Below, in pieces: positions 34,743-44,000 of a DNA stretch of 49,773 nucleotides. The notes beneath the pieces are model-generated. The model did no database searches, was not told the DNA's origin, and saw nothing but the letters and a program-made list of their open reading frames with translations. The DNA lies in the NCBI GenBank assembly GCA_031429275.1, contig JANOZG010000143.1, positions 1 to 49,773 of the forward strand, read 5' to 3'. Numbering within the stretch: position 1 is the first letter of the stretch; the number at the start of each line of letters is the position of its first letter. A program made the position numbers and the translations under genes. This DNA is from Planctomycetota bacterium (GTDB taxonomy: Bacteria > Planctomycetota > Planctomycetia > Planctomycetales > Planctomycetaceae).

Positions 34743-35930
34743 ATGACTATGAAAACATTCGCCGCTCTATTCTGTTGCCTTTGGACCGCAATCGCAACGG
34801 CTCAAGCAAAATATCACACTCCACCGACCTGGACGAATGACTTGATGAAACAGCAACACCAGTATGAGTTGCTGTCTCCTTTGCTGACCGACAACGGAAG
34901 CACGGTGACAACTGCCGAAGAATGGGCATCCGTGCGGCGTCCACAGTTGCTGCAGCAATGGACGAAGATTCTGGGAAAACTCGATCCTGATGCCCATGAT
35001 CAAAAGTGGTTTGGCGACATCACAAAGTCTGTTGAAATCAGTCGCGAGAAACGCGATGGTTACACTCGGATCGAATTGAAACTGCCAATGGAAACAGATT
35101 TTCTGCAGCCCCACGTGTTGCTCATTCCCGACAATGCTCAGCCGGGAAAATGTCCGGCCGTCATCGCATGGACATCCACCGGGCCGGACTATGCGGAACC
35201 TGAAAACTGGTGGGGTTCGTGGCTGGCCCAGCGAGGTTGTGTGGTGCTCACCGGCTGGTCGTTTATCCGTAACTACCGAGACGAAACCAGTTTCCAAAAT
35301 GGGGTCAGCGAGAAAATCTATGAGCGATTCGGACGCTGGCTTCCCATGGGAAAAATGGTTCACGACGTTCGGCGTGAAGCTGAATTCCTGCGCAGTTTGC
35401 CCGAGGTTGATTCTGAACGCATGGGCTTCATTGGATTCTCGCTGAGTGCCAAATCAGCGATTTACGTCGCCGCTTTCGCACCGGAAATCACTGCGACAGT
35501 TTCAATAGATCCACACTTGGCCATGCACGGCGATTCCAACTATCACGACCCGTGGTATCTGGACTGGAAGCGGCCGTTTGATGACATTCACACGAACAGC
35601 TATCCCGTCGCGGAACTTCGCGGTACGACGTGGAGTCTTCTGGATGGCGATCCGGCTCGTCCCGGATTCGAACACGATCATCACGAGCTACTCGCCATGG
35701 CCGCACCAAGATCGTTGATGGTGATCGGTTGCAGCACCGATCAAGAAACCGCTGCACATTCAGATGACCGCCAAAGCGCGGCCTACATCAATGGCGCAAA
35801 TGAAGTGTACGAGCTGCTCAACGTTGCATCACGATTTGAATACGTACCGCTTGCCTGCGGTCACAAGGCAACAGGACCAGAGATTAACGCAGCATGGCAG
35901 AGGTTCTTCAGTGAATGGCTGAAGCTGTGA
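34743..35930 (+). CDS. Secreted alpha/beta-hydrolase-fold esterase-like protein
   Basis: 395 aa. The signal peptide is MKTFAALFCCLWTAIATAQA. A nucleophile-elbow-like motif is GFIGFSLSAKSA, and a late His occurs in ACGHKATG. Confidence 0.6.
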   Translation: MTMKTFAALFCCLWTAIATAQAKYHTPPTWTNDLMKQQHQYELLSPLLTDNGSTVTTAEEWASVRRPQLLQQWTKILGKLDPDAHDQKWFGDITKSVEISREKRDGYTRIELKLPMETDFLQPHVLLIPDNAQPGKCPAVIAWTSTGPDYAEPENWWGSWLAQRGCVVLTGWSFIRNYRDETSFQNGVSEKIYERFGRWLPMGKMVHDVRREAEFLRSLPEVDSERMGFIGFSLSAKSAIYVAAFAPEITATVSIDPHLAMHGDSNYHDPWYLDWKRPFDDIHTNSYPVAELRGTTWSLLDGDPARPGFEHDHHELLAMAAPRSLMVIGCSTDQETAAHSDDRQSAAYINGANEVYELLNVASRFEYVPLACGHKATGPEINAAWQRFFSEWLKL

Positions 35931-35931
35931 A

Positions 35932-36501
35932 TCAAACTTCCGCTGAAGCTGTCTTTGCAGCGGTCTCTTTGCTGGTTGATGTCACAGCCAGCATCTGCAA
36001 CGCACCAAAAAACACTATGGAGAACCCGACGTCTCCGGCAAAGGTTCCGCGTGCAAATGGAATTGCATTCACGAAACAAGTTGCCAGACCGGCCAGTGTG
36101 CGAGGATAAAGAAACTGACCGCCATCCTGTGGCATACACCATACACCAAAATTGCTGATTACAAAGAATGCCGCTGCCGCGACAATTCCCGTACCAAACG
36201 CTGACAGCATATTGGACGGACGAAGATATCTTCCGATCGCAAAGATGGCGACGTACGCAGAGTAGTCAAACATCCATGAACCATAAAAACCGTAACCGGT
36301 TCTGGATTCAATCACGCAATCCGTCAGTACTCGGCATCCCAGCGGAATCAAAAGTCCCAGCCACGCAGGACGCACGACCGCACCGCAAAGAATCGCCAAA
36401 GCGCCCATCGCAGAGAAGTTGATCCATGGCAGAGCCATCAGTCGCAGAGATACGGCAATCACGCACGCTGTTGTCACAACAAGCCAGGATGTCTTATTCA
36501 T
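35932..36501 (-). CDS. Polytopic membrane protein (DUF6580-like putative transporter component)
   Basis: The track ORF runs to 36582, which would overlap tsaC. An ATG at 36501 gives MNKTSWLVVTTACVIAVSLRL. The segment FFVISNFGVW...YPRTLAGLATCFVNAIPF resembles the DUF6580 pattern as I recall it. Confidence 0.6.
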   Translation of the reverse strand: MNKTSWLVVTTACVIAVSLRLMALPWINFSAMGALAILCGAVVRPAWLGLLIPLGCRVLTDCVIESRTGYGFYGSWMFDYSAYVAIFAIGRYLRPSNMLSAFGTGIVAAAAFFVISNFGVWCMPQDGGQFLYPRTLAGLATCFVNAIPFARGTFAGDVGFSIVFFGALQMLAVTSTSKETAAKTASAEV

Positions 36502-36538
36502 CGGATTTACTTTGTATCTGGACGGGTCTGGAGAATGG

Positions 36539-37519
36539 TCAGAAAGCATCTGCTGAATGGGCGGCTCGCCGCAAACGATCATTTAAGGCGACGCCAAGGC
36601 CGTGAGCGGGAAATTCATGGGCGATGATAACGTCAAGATCGGATGAGTCGAGACTTCTCATGGAAGCAAAAAAGTTTGCGGCACAAGTTTGCAGGTTTTC
36701 ATCGTCACAAAGGGTGTCAATTCTCGCAAATTGTCCAGAAAACCGGCATTTTCCTGCCGTGAGCAGTCCACACCGCAATCCCGCAATTGGTTCTGCCGTC
36801 TGATCGTGAGGAATCACGATCAGCCTTGTTCCGGGGGCATAGTGTCGGCTGAGCATCCCCGGAGCGGGTTGAGCCGCGTCATCCTGAGACGCATCAGACA
36901 TCGCAATTTCCACAGGTCCGATCAGGCGTTCAATGTTTTCCACCGGACATCCACCGTGTCGCAACAGTAGCGGTCGATCATTCATCAGGGACAACACTGT
37001 CGATTCTAAACCGACTTCGCACGGACCACCGTCAACAATGCAATCAACCTTGCCACCCAGTCCATCTGCTACATGCTGAGCTGTCGTTGGACTGATGCCC
37101 CCAAACGGATTCGCACTTGGCGCGGCAACTGGACGACCTGCGGCGCGCAGCAGTTTCAAAGCCACCGAATGACGCGGAACCCGAACGCCGACGCCCGGCA
37201 AACCGGCCGTCACAAGATCCGGAATGGTTTCACGCCTGGGCAGCACCAGAGTTAATGGCCCCGGCCAAAATGCCTCAGCCAGCAATCGTGCCGTTTCCGG
37301 AAACTCACTGACGACCTGGTGTACTTGTGAGATATCAGCCACATGAACGATCAACGGATCAAACGTCGGCCGTTGTTTGGCTTCAAAGATGCGAGCCACA
37401 GCGATTGGATTCGTCGCATCGGCCCCGAGTCCGTATACGGTCTCTGTTGGAAACGCCACGAGCCCACCGGCTTGCAGCAGTTCAGCTGCGGCTTGAATGT
37501 TGGTAACAAAGGAATTCAT
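36539..37519 (-). CDS. tsaC: L-threonylcarbamoyladenylate synthase (Sua5/YwlC/TsaC, long form with a Sua5 C-domain)
   Basis: 326 aa. Motifs include GGLVAFPTETVYGLGADATN, KQRPTFDPLIVHV and SANPFG. Confidence 0.9.
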   Translation of the reverse strand: MNSFVTNIQAAAELLQAGGLVAFPTETVYGLGADATNPIAVARIFEAKQRPTFDPLIVHVADISQVHQVVSEFPETARLLAEAFWPGPLTLVLPRRETIPDLVTAGLPGVGVRVPRHSVALKLLRAAGRPVAAPSANPFGGISPTTAQHVADGLGGKVDCIVDGGPCEVGLESTVLSLMNDRPLLLRHGGCPVENIERLIGPVEIAMSDASQDDAAQPAPGMLSRHYAPGTRLIVIPHDQTAEPIAGLRCGLLTAGKCRFSGQFARIDTLCDDENLQTCAANFFASMRSLDSSDLDVIIAHEFPAHGLGVALNDRLRRAAHSADAF

Positions 37520-37662
37520 GATCGCAGCATATTCTTCACGCGGTTGGCACTAATGGATTCCTTCGGCGAGCGGGAGATGTGAATCCTCTGATTGGCCGAT
37601 TGGTTGCTGCAGCCATCAGAGGGCTTTGCTTCCTGATTCTTCACGGCCAACCGGTGCTGATG

Positions 37663-38226
37663 CTACCAGACTCGGGTTAAGTCAACAGTAGCTCCGCCGG
37701 GAATTCGCTCAAACGTAATCGCTTGCTTGAATTCCGCTGCTACCGAGAACTTCCCGGCATCGTCCAGTCGATAACGGCTTATAATGCACTCATCTGGATC
37801 AACAATCCAGTACTCAGGCACTGCATACTGTTCGTAAAGCTGCTTTTTGAGCTCCGTATCGTGCTTGCGATTTGATGGCGACAGTATCTCGATCACAAGA
37901 TTCGGCACGCCACGAATTCTGGTTTGAGTGATAATGCGATTTTCCGCCAGAACAACAACCAGATCTGGCTGCACAACGTCAACGTCGCTAAGTTGCAAAT
38001 CGATCGGAGCATTGATCACTTGGCCAAGTTGCATCATTTCAATCTGTTGATACAGCTGGAACTGAATGTGGCGAGAAATGGCTTGATGACGAGGCACAGG
38101 TGCAGAGTTCATGTAGTGTCGTCCGTCAATGATTTCATGACGATTGCCGTCCTCTGGAAACAGAACGTATTCGTTGTACGTCAGTTTCGTCGGCGATTTA
38201 CGAGTCGTTTCAGATGCGATCGACAT
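37663..38226 (-). CDS. Uma2-family (DUF820) restriction-endonuclease-fold protein
   Basis: The track ORF runs to 38301; an ATG lies at 38226. Motifs include EIIDGRHYM, VQPDLVVV, PNLVIEILSPSN and VPEYWIVDP. Confidence 0.85.
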   Translation of the reverse strand: MSIASETTRKSPTKLTYNEYVLFPEDGNRHEIIDGRHYMNSAPVPRHQAISRHIQFQLYQQIEMMQLGQVINAPIDLQLSDVDVVQPDLVVVLAENRIITQTRIRGVPNLVIEILSPSNRKHDTELKKQLYEQYAVPEYWIVDPDECIISRYRLDDAGKFSVAAEFKQAITFERIPGGATVDLTRVW

Positions 38227-38428
38227 GGAATTCACTGGCAGATGGAAGGTGCGAAATCTTTTGGAAGCACTGGATCGAGCGCCGGGACAGACAAGACGCA
38301 ACGATTTGTGGCCAGCCGGTTAAACGCACTATACCCACGCTGCATAGCAAAGCCAAGAGCTTATCGCTGGCTTTGGGAACACAAGTGCACTCCAGAATCA
38401 ACGCTGTTCATGCGAGCGCTCAGCCCAA

Positions 38429-38779
38429 CTATTCATGCTCGCCTTTCACATGTTTCACAGCACGATAGATCATCAGAAAGATACCGCTGGCGAAAACACC
38501 GATGATTAAACCAGCAAACGCGCCGACCAAGGCGCCTCCGAACCATGGTAGACTCCAGCCAGGATTCAACGCGGCGGAAGCACCGCCAATCACAGCCAAA
38601 AGAAGAACGGTGATTCCGATAAACTTGGCCTGGAAAACATTGTCCCTCTTTCTTACATTCAGGCCGACGACCGTGTCTGAGACAATGTTATAGGCATCTC
38701 GGGCAGAAGAATCTGGCGGTATATTGATTCGCGGCCCATCTGGTGCTGGTGTGTTCGATGTGTTTGTGTCGTTGCTCAT
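38429..38779 (-). CDS. Small two-TM membrane protein, hypothetical
   Basis: 116 aa. Its start overlaps the upstream hydrolase stop by 4 nt (ATGA), suggesting translational coupling. It has two Gly/Ala-rich TM helices. Confidence 0.6.
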   Translation of the reverse strand: MSNDTNTSNTPAPDGPRINIPPDSSARDAYNIVSDTVVGLNVRKRDNVFQAKFIGITVLLLAVIGGASAALNPGWSLPWFGGALVGAFAGLIIGVFASGIFLMIYRAVKHVKGEHE

Positions 38780-40572
38780 GGTTTGAAACTCTCGTCATGT
38801 CTGCGTCTATTTGGGGATTGAGAAGAAACGCCCTTCTCTCCCACGACGACATCAAAATCAGATTCAGCCGTCAGCGAATCGACGTTGGCTGACTTGAGCG
38901 GGCTCATCGGATGCGCGACTTGGATCGCTCGACGTAGTGTCGAGCAGGCGTCGGTCAGTTGACCATCGGAAAACTGTTGTCTGGCAAGGCACGTCAGGCA
39001 ACGGGCTATTGCCTGGTCCTGAAGTTTGAGCTGAAAACCTGCATTGTCGAGCTGATAATACTTGTCGGGATCATCCGGAAGATATTGCAGCATCGAATGC
39101 ACGATAGGAAGATTAGTCGCCTGGTCGTCCAGCGGGAGACGAACATAAAACTGAGCAATTTCACGCGCGTAGCGAGGACGTACGCCCGGGTGAATGGAGT
39201 CTGCCGGCAACAACTGTGCTTGAAACCAATCCCAATCCTGTGGCACACGGTGCGAAACCGGGAAGCTTCTCCTGTTATTTTCAACCGTGATTGCTTTCTG
39301 CTGCCATCGACAGTTTTGCTTTATTCCTTGTTGCAACTGGCGAAATTTTCCTAACGCCTGCGATAGCTCTGACAGCTTCGGTTGCCACGTGCCGTCGGCT
39401 TGAGATTCGAAATTCTCAAACGCAATCGCTGAGGCATGTACAGGTTCAAACGGAGTCGAGAGATCGATCTTGAATTGTCCGTCTGAATGCCGACGTGCAA
39501 ATCGAAACTGTCCATCGGCGGAACCGACAACAATCTGCCAGGCTGTGGCCTCAGCGTTCACATCAGTTTCATCGCTGGCCACCGTGACTGTTGCCGTCCA
39601 TTCATCGCCGTTCTTCTGCGAGACCAGCGTAACCGTTGGCTCGGCCATTTTTTCATTCAACGCTTCATGAAAGAAGCGAGGTATCTGGCTGGCGTATTCC
39701 AGTTCGTTGACTTCCAGCGTTTCTGGGGCGTGTCCGGCACCTTCCATGATCCAGACTCGAGTCGGCACCGTGGCGACCTTAGCGGCTTTGACCGTGCCTG
39801 TTGGAGGCAGCAACCAGTCCCGCTCGCCATGCATCAGGAAGAGCGGGCATTTCAGCTTTGGAATGTTAATCATTGGTTCGACTTTGGGCAGCAGAACAGT
39901 CTGCAAACCAGCAATCGCCATGCGATTGGCGAGGGTGTCCGGCACGAGGTGTTTCATGGAATCAATTTGTGAAGTCGGCAGCAGGACATCTTCAACAGCA
40001 ACCGCTCCTGCATTGCGTTCAGCAGCCACAGCGATTGCAAGCGGCGATCCCAGCGAGACGCCAAACACACCGATATCCTTTGCGGCAATTCCTCGCGTTG
40101 TTGTCAGGTAATCAAAAGCACTCAAAGAATCGCTCAGCAAAGACATGGCCGTCGCGATGCCTGAACTTCCGCCGAAGCCCTGATAGTCAAACAGCATAAC
40201 GTTGATGCCATCTTCCGCCAGCAGTTTGGCGTACAGCAACATCCACGAAATGTTGCCCGTGTTTCCCATGCAGAACAGTACGGTCTTTTCTGAACCTGTA
40301 GGCTTTTCTGAAACGGCAGATGATATGTACCAGCCGCGCAAAGTTTCCTTTGTGGTGTTCGGAAAGAAGACTTCTTCGTACTTCAGGCCTGCAGCTTCCG
40401 GTCGAACAACGTCTTCCATGAATGGAGCCATGAAGTTGCGACTGATCGGGTCGATCTGAACTTCGCGAACGGCTGGTTTTGGAGCTTCGTCGGCTGAAGA
40501 TCGCGGCGAATTAAAAATCGTGATGCAGATGCTACCGATCAACGCGGCAATCAGTCGATTCTGACCAGACAT
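38776..40572 (-). CDS. Secreted alpha/beta hydrolase (S9/BAAT-like) with a roughly 300-aa C-terminal domain of unknown function
   Basis: 598 aa with a signal peptide. It has a GVSLGS nucleophile elbow and HGERDWLLP. Confidence 0.75.
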   Translation of the reverse strand: MSGQNRLIAALIGSICITIFNSPRSSADEAPKPAVREVQIDPISRNFMAPFMEDVVRPEAAGLKYEEVFFPNTTKETLRGWYISSAVSEKPTGSEKTVLFCMGNTGNISWMLLYAKLLAEDGINVMLFDYQGFGGSSGIATAMSLLSDSLSAFDYLTTTRGIAAKDIGVFGVSLGSPLAIAVAAERNAGAVAVEDVLLPTSQIDSMKHLVPDTLANRMAIAGLQTVLLPKVEPMINIPKLKCPLFLMHGERDWLLPPTGTVKAAKVATVPTRVWIMEGAGHAPETLEVNELEYASQIPRFFHEALNEKMAEPTVTLVSQKNGDEWTATVTVASDETDVNAEATAWQIVVGSADGQFRFARRHSDGQFKIDLSTPFEPVHASAIAFENFESQADGTWQPKLSELSQALGKFRQLQQGIKQNCRWQQKAITVENNRRSFPVSHRVPQDWDWFQAQLLPADSIHPGVRPRYAREIAQFYVRLPLDDQATNLPIVHSMLQYLPDDPDKYYQLDNAGFQLKLQDQAIARCLTCLARQQFSDGQLTDACSTLRRAIQVAHPMSPLKSANVDSLTAESDFDVVVGEKGVSSQSPNRRRHDESFKP

Positions 40573-40628
40573 TCAATACCTCATCCAATGTTGCTGCAAT
40601 CACGGTCCGATTTTTCGGGTTCTGAAGT

Positions 40629-40701
40629 AGGCCGGATCAAGCGCAGGGCAGTTCCGGCACCAAGGTGATCTGCCGGAACGGCGCTGCGCTTGGTCCGGCC
40701 T
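40629..40701. repeat. 73-nt near-perfect GC-rich hairpin in a divergent intergenic region
   Basis: Positions 40629-40659 pair with 40671-40701. Of 31 positions, 28 are Watson-Crick pairs, one is G.U and two are mismatches. The loop is 11 nt. It lies 57 nt upstream of the hydrolase ATG and about 160 nt upstream of the uxaA-like start. Confidence 0.8.
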
Positions 40702-40859
40702 GCCATTTCCAGACATTCTCTGTCAATTGTGTCACCAAATCCTAAATTCCGCCAGACGACTCGGACTTGTGAAACTCCGAGATTGATAAGAAGATGCAAT
40801 GGTCCGCAGTACGCGTTCCAAAATACACTGCGGAGTATAACACAACTCAAGGAAATCCC

Positions 40860-42413
40860 GTGACCGCTCTGGAACCGCTGCTGATTCTCCATCCCACTGA
40901 CAATGTCGCTGTCGCTCGGCGAGCTTTACATGCTGGCGAAACTGTGACTATCGCCGGCAAAACACTGAAACTTGTGGACGCGATTCCAGCGAATCACAAA
41001 GTGGCACTCAGCGATATTCCGAACACCAATGTGATTCGAAAATTTGGCCAGCCAATCGGTACAGCCAGTGTCGATATTGGGGCCGGGCAGTGGGTTCATG
41101 TTCAGAATGTCAGCAGCGAACGCGACAAGGCGGGCTATGAATTCTCTACCGACATTGTGCAGTTTCCGAAACCTGTCGATAATCGTACGTTCATGGGATT
41201 CCGACGCAAGAACGGCCGCGCGGGAACTCGAAACTACATCGCGCTGATCAGCACTGTGAATTGTTCCGCTACGACATCGCGCTACGTCGCGCAGGAACTT
41301 GCGAAGTCGGATCTCAGCAAGTACCCAAACATCGACGGCGTGATTCCAGTCGTCCATAAGAGCGGTTGTGCGTTCGCGTATAACAGTGAAGATCATCATT
41401 TGCTGAATCGGACTCTGGCTGGATTCGCCCGACATCCGAACATCGCGGCGTGCCTTGTCCTTGGACTCGGTTGTGAGACCGCTCAGGCCGGGCATCTTCA
41501 GGAATCGCAGGGACTTATCCAGCTGGGCGGCGCGTCGCTGCGTGAGCCTGATGATTCTTTGCCAATGGTATTGAATATCCAGGAAGTTGGTGGAGTTCGC
41601 AAGACTGTGGATCGTGCGGTCGGTGTGATGCGGGAGTTGATGGGCCATGCAGATTCCGCTCGACGCGAACCGATCTCGATCGCGGAACTCACTCTCGGGC
41701 TGCAATGCGGCGGCAGCGATGGTGTCAGCGGCATCACGGCGAATCCGGCACTGGGCTATGCCAGCGATTTACTGGTCGCATACGGCGGCGGTTCTGTACT
41801 GGCCGAAACTCCTGAAGTCTATGGAGCCGAACAATTACTGACTCGCCGTTCCGTCAGTCGCGCCGTGGCAGATCGACTGCTGGATCAGATTCACTGGTGG
41901 GAAGAGTACGCGCGGAAGAACAACGCTTCGATCGACAACAATCCGTCGTACGGAAACAAACAGGGCGGTCTGACGACGATTATCGAAAAGTCACTGGGCG
42001 CTGTCGCCAAAGGCGGCACCGCGCCGCTGCGAGCTGTCTATCAGTTTGCCGAACCGATTACCGAGCGTGGTTTTACGTTTATGGACACTCCGGGATACGA
42101 TCCGATCTCCGTCACAGGACTGGTTGCAGGTGGCTGCCAGGTCGTTGTCTTCACAACAGGTCGAGGCAGTTGTTTCGGATGTAAGCCAGCTCCGACAATT
42201 AAAGTGGCCACGAATTCGCCGATGTATCATCGCATGCGAGATGACATGGACATCAATGCTGGCTCAATTCTGGAAGGTGCAAGCGTCGAATCTGTTGGAC
42301 GGGAGATCTTCGAGAAGATCATTTCAACGGCAAGCGGCGAACAAACGTTGAGCGAAGCTCAAGGCATCGGCGATGAAGAATTCTGCCCATGGATGCCGGG
42401 GCCGATTTTTTAG
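40860..42413 (+). CDS. UxaA-family hydrolyase (altronate/galactarate dehydratase-like) with an N-terminal SAF domain
   Basis: The track ORF starts at ATG 40794. A GTG at 40860, preceded by AAGGAAA, places LILHPTDNVAVA at the position of IKIHALDNVAVA in E. coli UxaA. HKVALSDI, GQWVHVQN and LGLGCE are colinear with UxaA as I recall it. Confidence 0.85.
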   Translation: MTALEPLLILHPTDNVAVARRALHAGETVTIAGKTLKLVDAIPANHKVALSDIPNTNVIRKFGQPIGTASVDIGAGQWVHVQNVSSERDKAGYEFSTDIVQFPKPVDNRTFMGFRRKNGRAGTRNYIALISTVNCSATTSRYVAQELAKSDLSKYPNIDGVIPVVHKSGCAFAYNSEDHHLLNRTLAGFARHPNIAACLVLGLGCETAQAGHLQESQGLIQLGGASLREPDDSLPMVLNIQEVGGVRKTVDRAVGVMRELMGHADSARREPISIAELTLGLQCGGSDGVSGITANPALGYASDLLVAYGGGSVLAETPEVYGAEQLLTRRSVSRAVADRLLDQIHWWEEYARKNNASIDNNPSYGNKQGGLTTIIEKSLGAVAKGGTAPLRAVYQFAEPITERGFTFMDTPGYDPISVTGLVAGGCQVVVFTTGRGSCFGCKPAPTIKVATNSPMYHRMRDDMDINAGSILEGASVESVGREIFEKIISTASGEQTLSEAQGIGDEEFCPWMPGPIF

Positions 42414-42425
42414 TGGAGTGCTGGC

Positions 42426-42453
42426 TCAGGACGGGACTCCAGTCCCGTCCTGA
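42426..42453. repeat. REP-like palindrome, second copy of the 30326-30349 element, between convergent genes. It is a probable bidirectional terminator.
   Basis: TCAGGACGGGACT-CC-AGTCCCGTCCTGA forms a 13-bp stem. Its 24-nt core is the exact reverse complement of the 30326-30349 copy. Confidence 0.8.
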
Positions 42454-42493
42454 TGTGAAGAGACCCGTCCAACGGTCTTGTCCGGTCTCAAAT

Positions 42494-43063
42494 CTAAACC
42501 GCCGCAATTGCAAAGATACAAAGAATCGCGATCCAGACAATCCCCAGGACATGCCAGCACCAGCCGGCAAAAGTCACGCCCCAGTAGTATTCGTGATCAT
42601 ATCGATCCGTAAAGGCTGAAAGCGTGACCCACAGCAGCACCGACTGGGCCACGATGAAATGCATGGCGTGAATTGTGGCAAACATAATGACCATGCCGTG
42701 GACGCTTGTCTGCATTTCCAGGTCAGGGGAAATGGACTTTATCAGCGCCCACATACCGTAAGATTGAACGGCGACAAACAGCACTGCGGCGACCAGGGCA
42801 AAAATCAGTGATCGTCGAAAACGTGGCTGTCGCTCCAGACGAACGTTTGTATGTGCATCGTGCAGAGACCAGCTTCCCGCCGCGAGAAGCATCGTTCCGA
42901 ACTGGAATGCGGCCGGAAGTCGCAGATCCTTCGTTGGTGCGGGATGATCTAACATCCAGCCCAAGGCGAATCCCAGAACCACAATGACGCCACATTGCAG
43001 GCCGGTTGCAAGGAAAAATCTGCGTGCCAGTGACACGCGATTCTGATCCCACCGATTTGACAT
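42494..43063 (-). CDS. Heme-copper oxidase subunit III-like membrane protein
   Basis: The track ORF runs to 43114; an ATG lies at 43063. It has 5 TM helices. The C-terminal pattern HAMHFIVAQSVLLWV...HEYYWGVTFAGWCWHVLGIVW resembles the HG.HV...YWHFVDVVW motif of Cox3. Confidence 0.55.
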   Translation of the reverse strand: MSNRWDQNRVSLARRFFLATGLQCGVIVVLGFALGWMLDHPAPTKDLRLPAAFQFGTMLLAAGSWSLHDAHTNVRLERQPRFRRSLIFALVAAVLFVAVQSYGMWALIKSISPDLEMQTSVHGMVIMFATIHAMHFIVAQSVLLWVTLSAFTDRYDHEYYWGVTFAGWCWHVLGIVWIAILCIFAIAAV

Positions 43064-43275
43064 GGATGGATGTAAACCCCTGAATAATCCTTCGTACGTC
43101 GATTGAGCGAGCACCCAATCCTGTAAAACACTTGCCTATTCGCGGTTCGCGGTAACAATACCGTACAAGTGCGGCGCTTGTAACGGCACGAGATCAGGAA
43201 ATCGGATATCCGTCTCTTCGTGTAGTGTTTCGGCTGCAGGGTGTCTTGACAAGGTTTTCTGACGAGGAAATACAA

Positions 43276-43824
43276 ATGACGAAATTCTGGCAAACTCTGG
43301 TTCTGGGAATGATTTTTGTGGCAGGAACAACTTCAATGGCGGCGGATTCTATACATGAATTCAAAATGAAAGATATCGAAGGTAAAGAAGTTGAATTGTC
43401 TGAATTCAAAGACAAGGTTGTGCTGATCGTAAACGTTGCCAGCAAGTGCGGTGCGACTCCACAATACGAACAACTTCAGGCACTGAGTGACAAGTACAGC
43501 AAAAAGGGTCTGGTTGTCGTGGGCGTACCATGCAATCAATTCGGCGGTCAGGAGCCAGGATCAGAAAAAGATATCAAAGAATTCTGCAGCACCAAGTACA
43601 AAGTCACGTTTCCGATGATGAGCAAAGTGGACGTAAACGGTGACAAAGAAGATCCTCTCTACACGTTTCTGAAGGCTCACGCGGAGAGCAAAGATAATGT
43701 GAAGTGGAACTTTGAAAAGTTCGTTATCGGCAAGGATGGCAAAGTTGTTGGCCGGTTCGGCACAAAGACCAAACCAGATGCTGATGAAGTTGTGAGTATG
43801 ATCGAAGCAGAATTGAAGAAGTAG
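43276..43824 (+). CDS. Glutathione peroxidase (Cys-type) with a signal peptide
   Basis: The track ORF starts at 43225. An ATG at 43276 lies after GAGGAAA. Motifs include VVLIVNVASKCGATPQY, VPCNQFGGQEPG and WNFEKF. Confidence 0.9.
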   Translation: MTKFWQTLVLGMIFVAGTTSMAADSIHEFKMKDIEGKEVELSEFKDKVVLIVNVASKCGATPQYEQLQALSDKYSKKGLVVVGVPCNQFGGQEPGSEKDIKEFCSTKYKVTFPMMSKVDVNGDKEDPLYTFLKAHAESKDNVKWNFEKFVIGKDGKVVGRFGTKTKPDADEVVSMIEAELKK

Positions 43825-43857
43825 AAGTTTTGTTCTGAAATCCAATGATCTAACAGG

Positions 43858-43899
43858 AACGCCTGCGAGTCTTTAAACTCGTCGGCGTTTCTTTGTTTA
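43858..43899 (+). terminator. Intrinsic terminator downstream of the glutathione peroxidase gene
   Basis: AACGCCTGCGAGT...ACTCGTCGGCGTT is an imperfect stem (6 + 5 bp). It is followed by TCTTTGTTTAT. Confidence 0.55.
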
Positions 43900-44000
43900 T
43901 CGACACCGCGAATCAGCTCGTAGCTTGATTCTCCAGCGTCGAGCAATACCAGACACCCATCTCGACTCCGGAGAATCGAGCTACGGGCAGGACATCACAA

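Noticed and set aside
40581-40892. 103-aa minus-strand ORF
   Set aside because: It is generated by reading through the 73-nt palindrome, and it overlaps the 5' end of the UxaA-family gene.
40926-41705. 259-aa minus-strand ORF
   Set aside because: It is antisense inside the well-supported UxaA-family gene.
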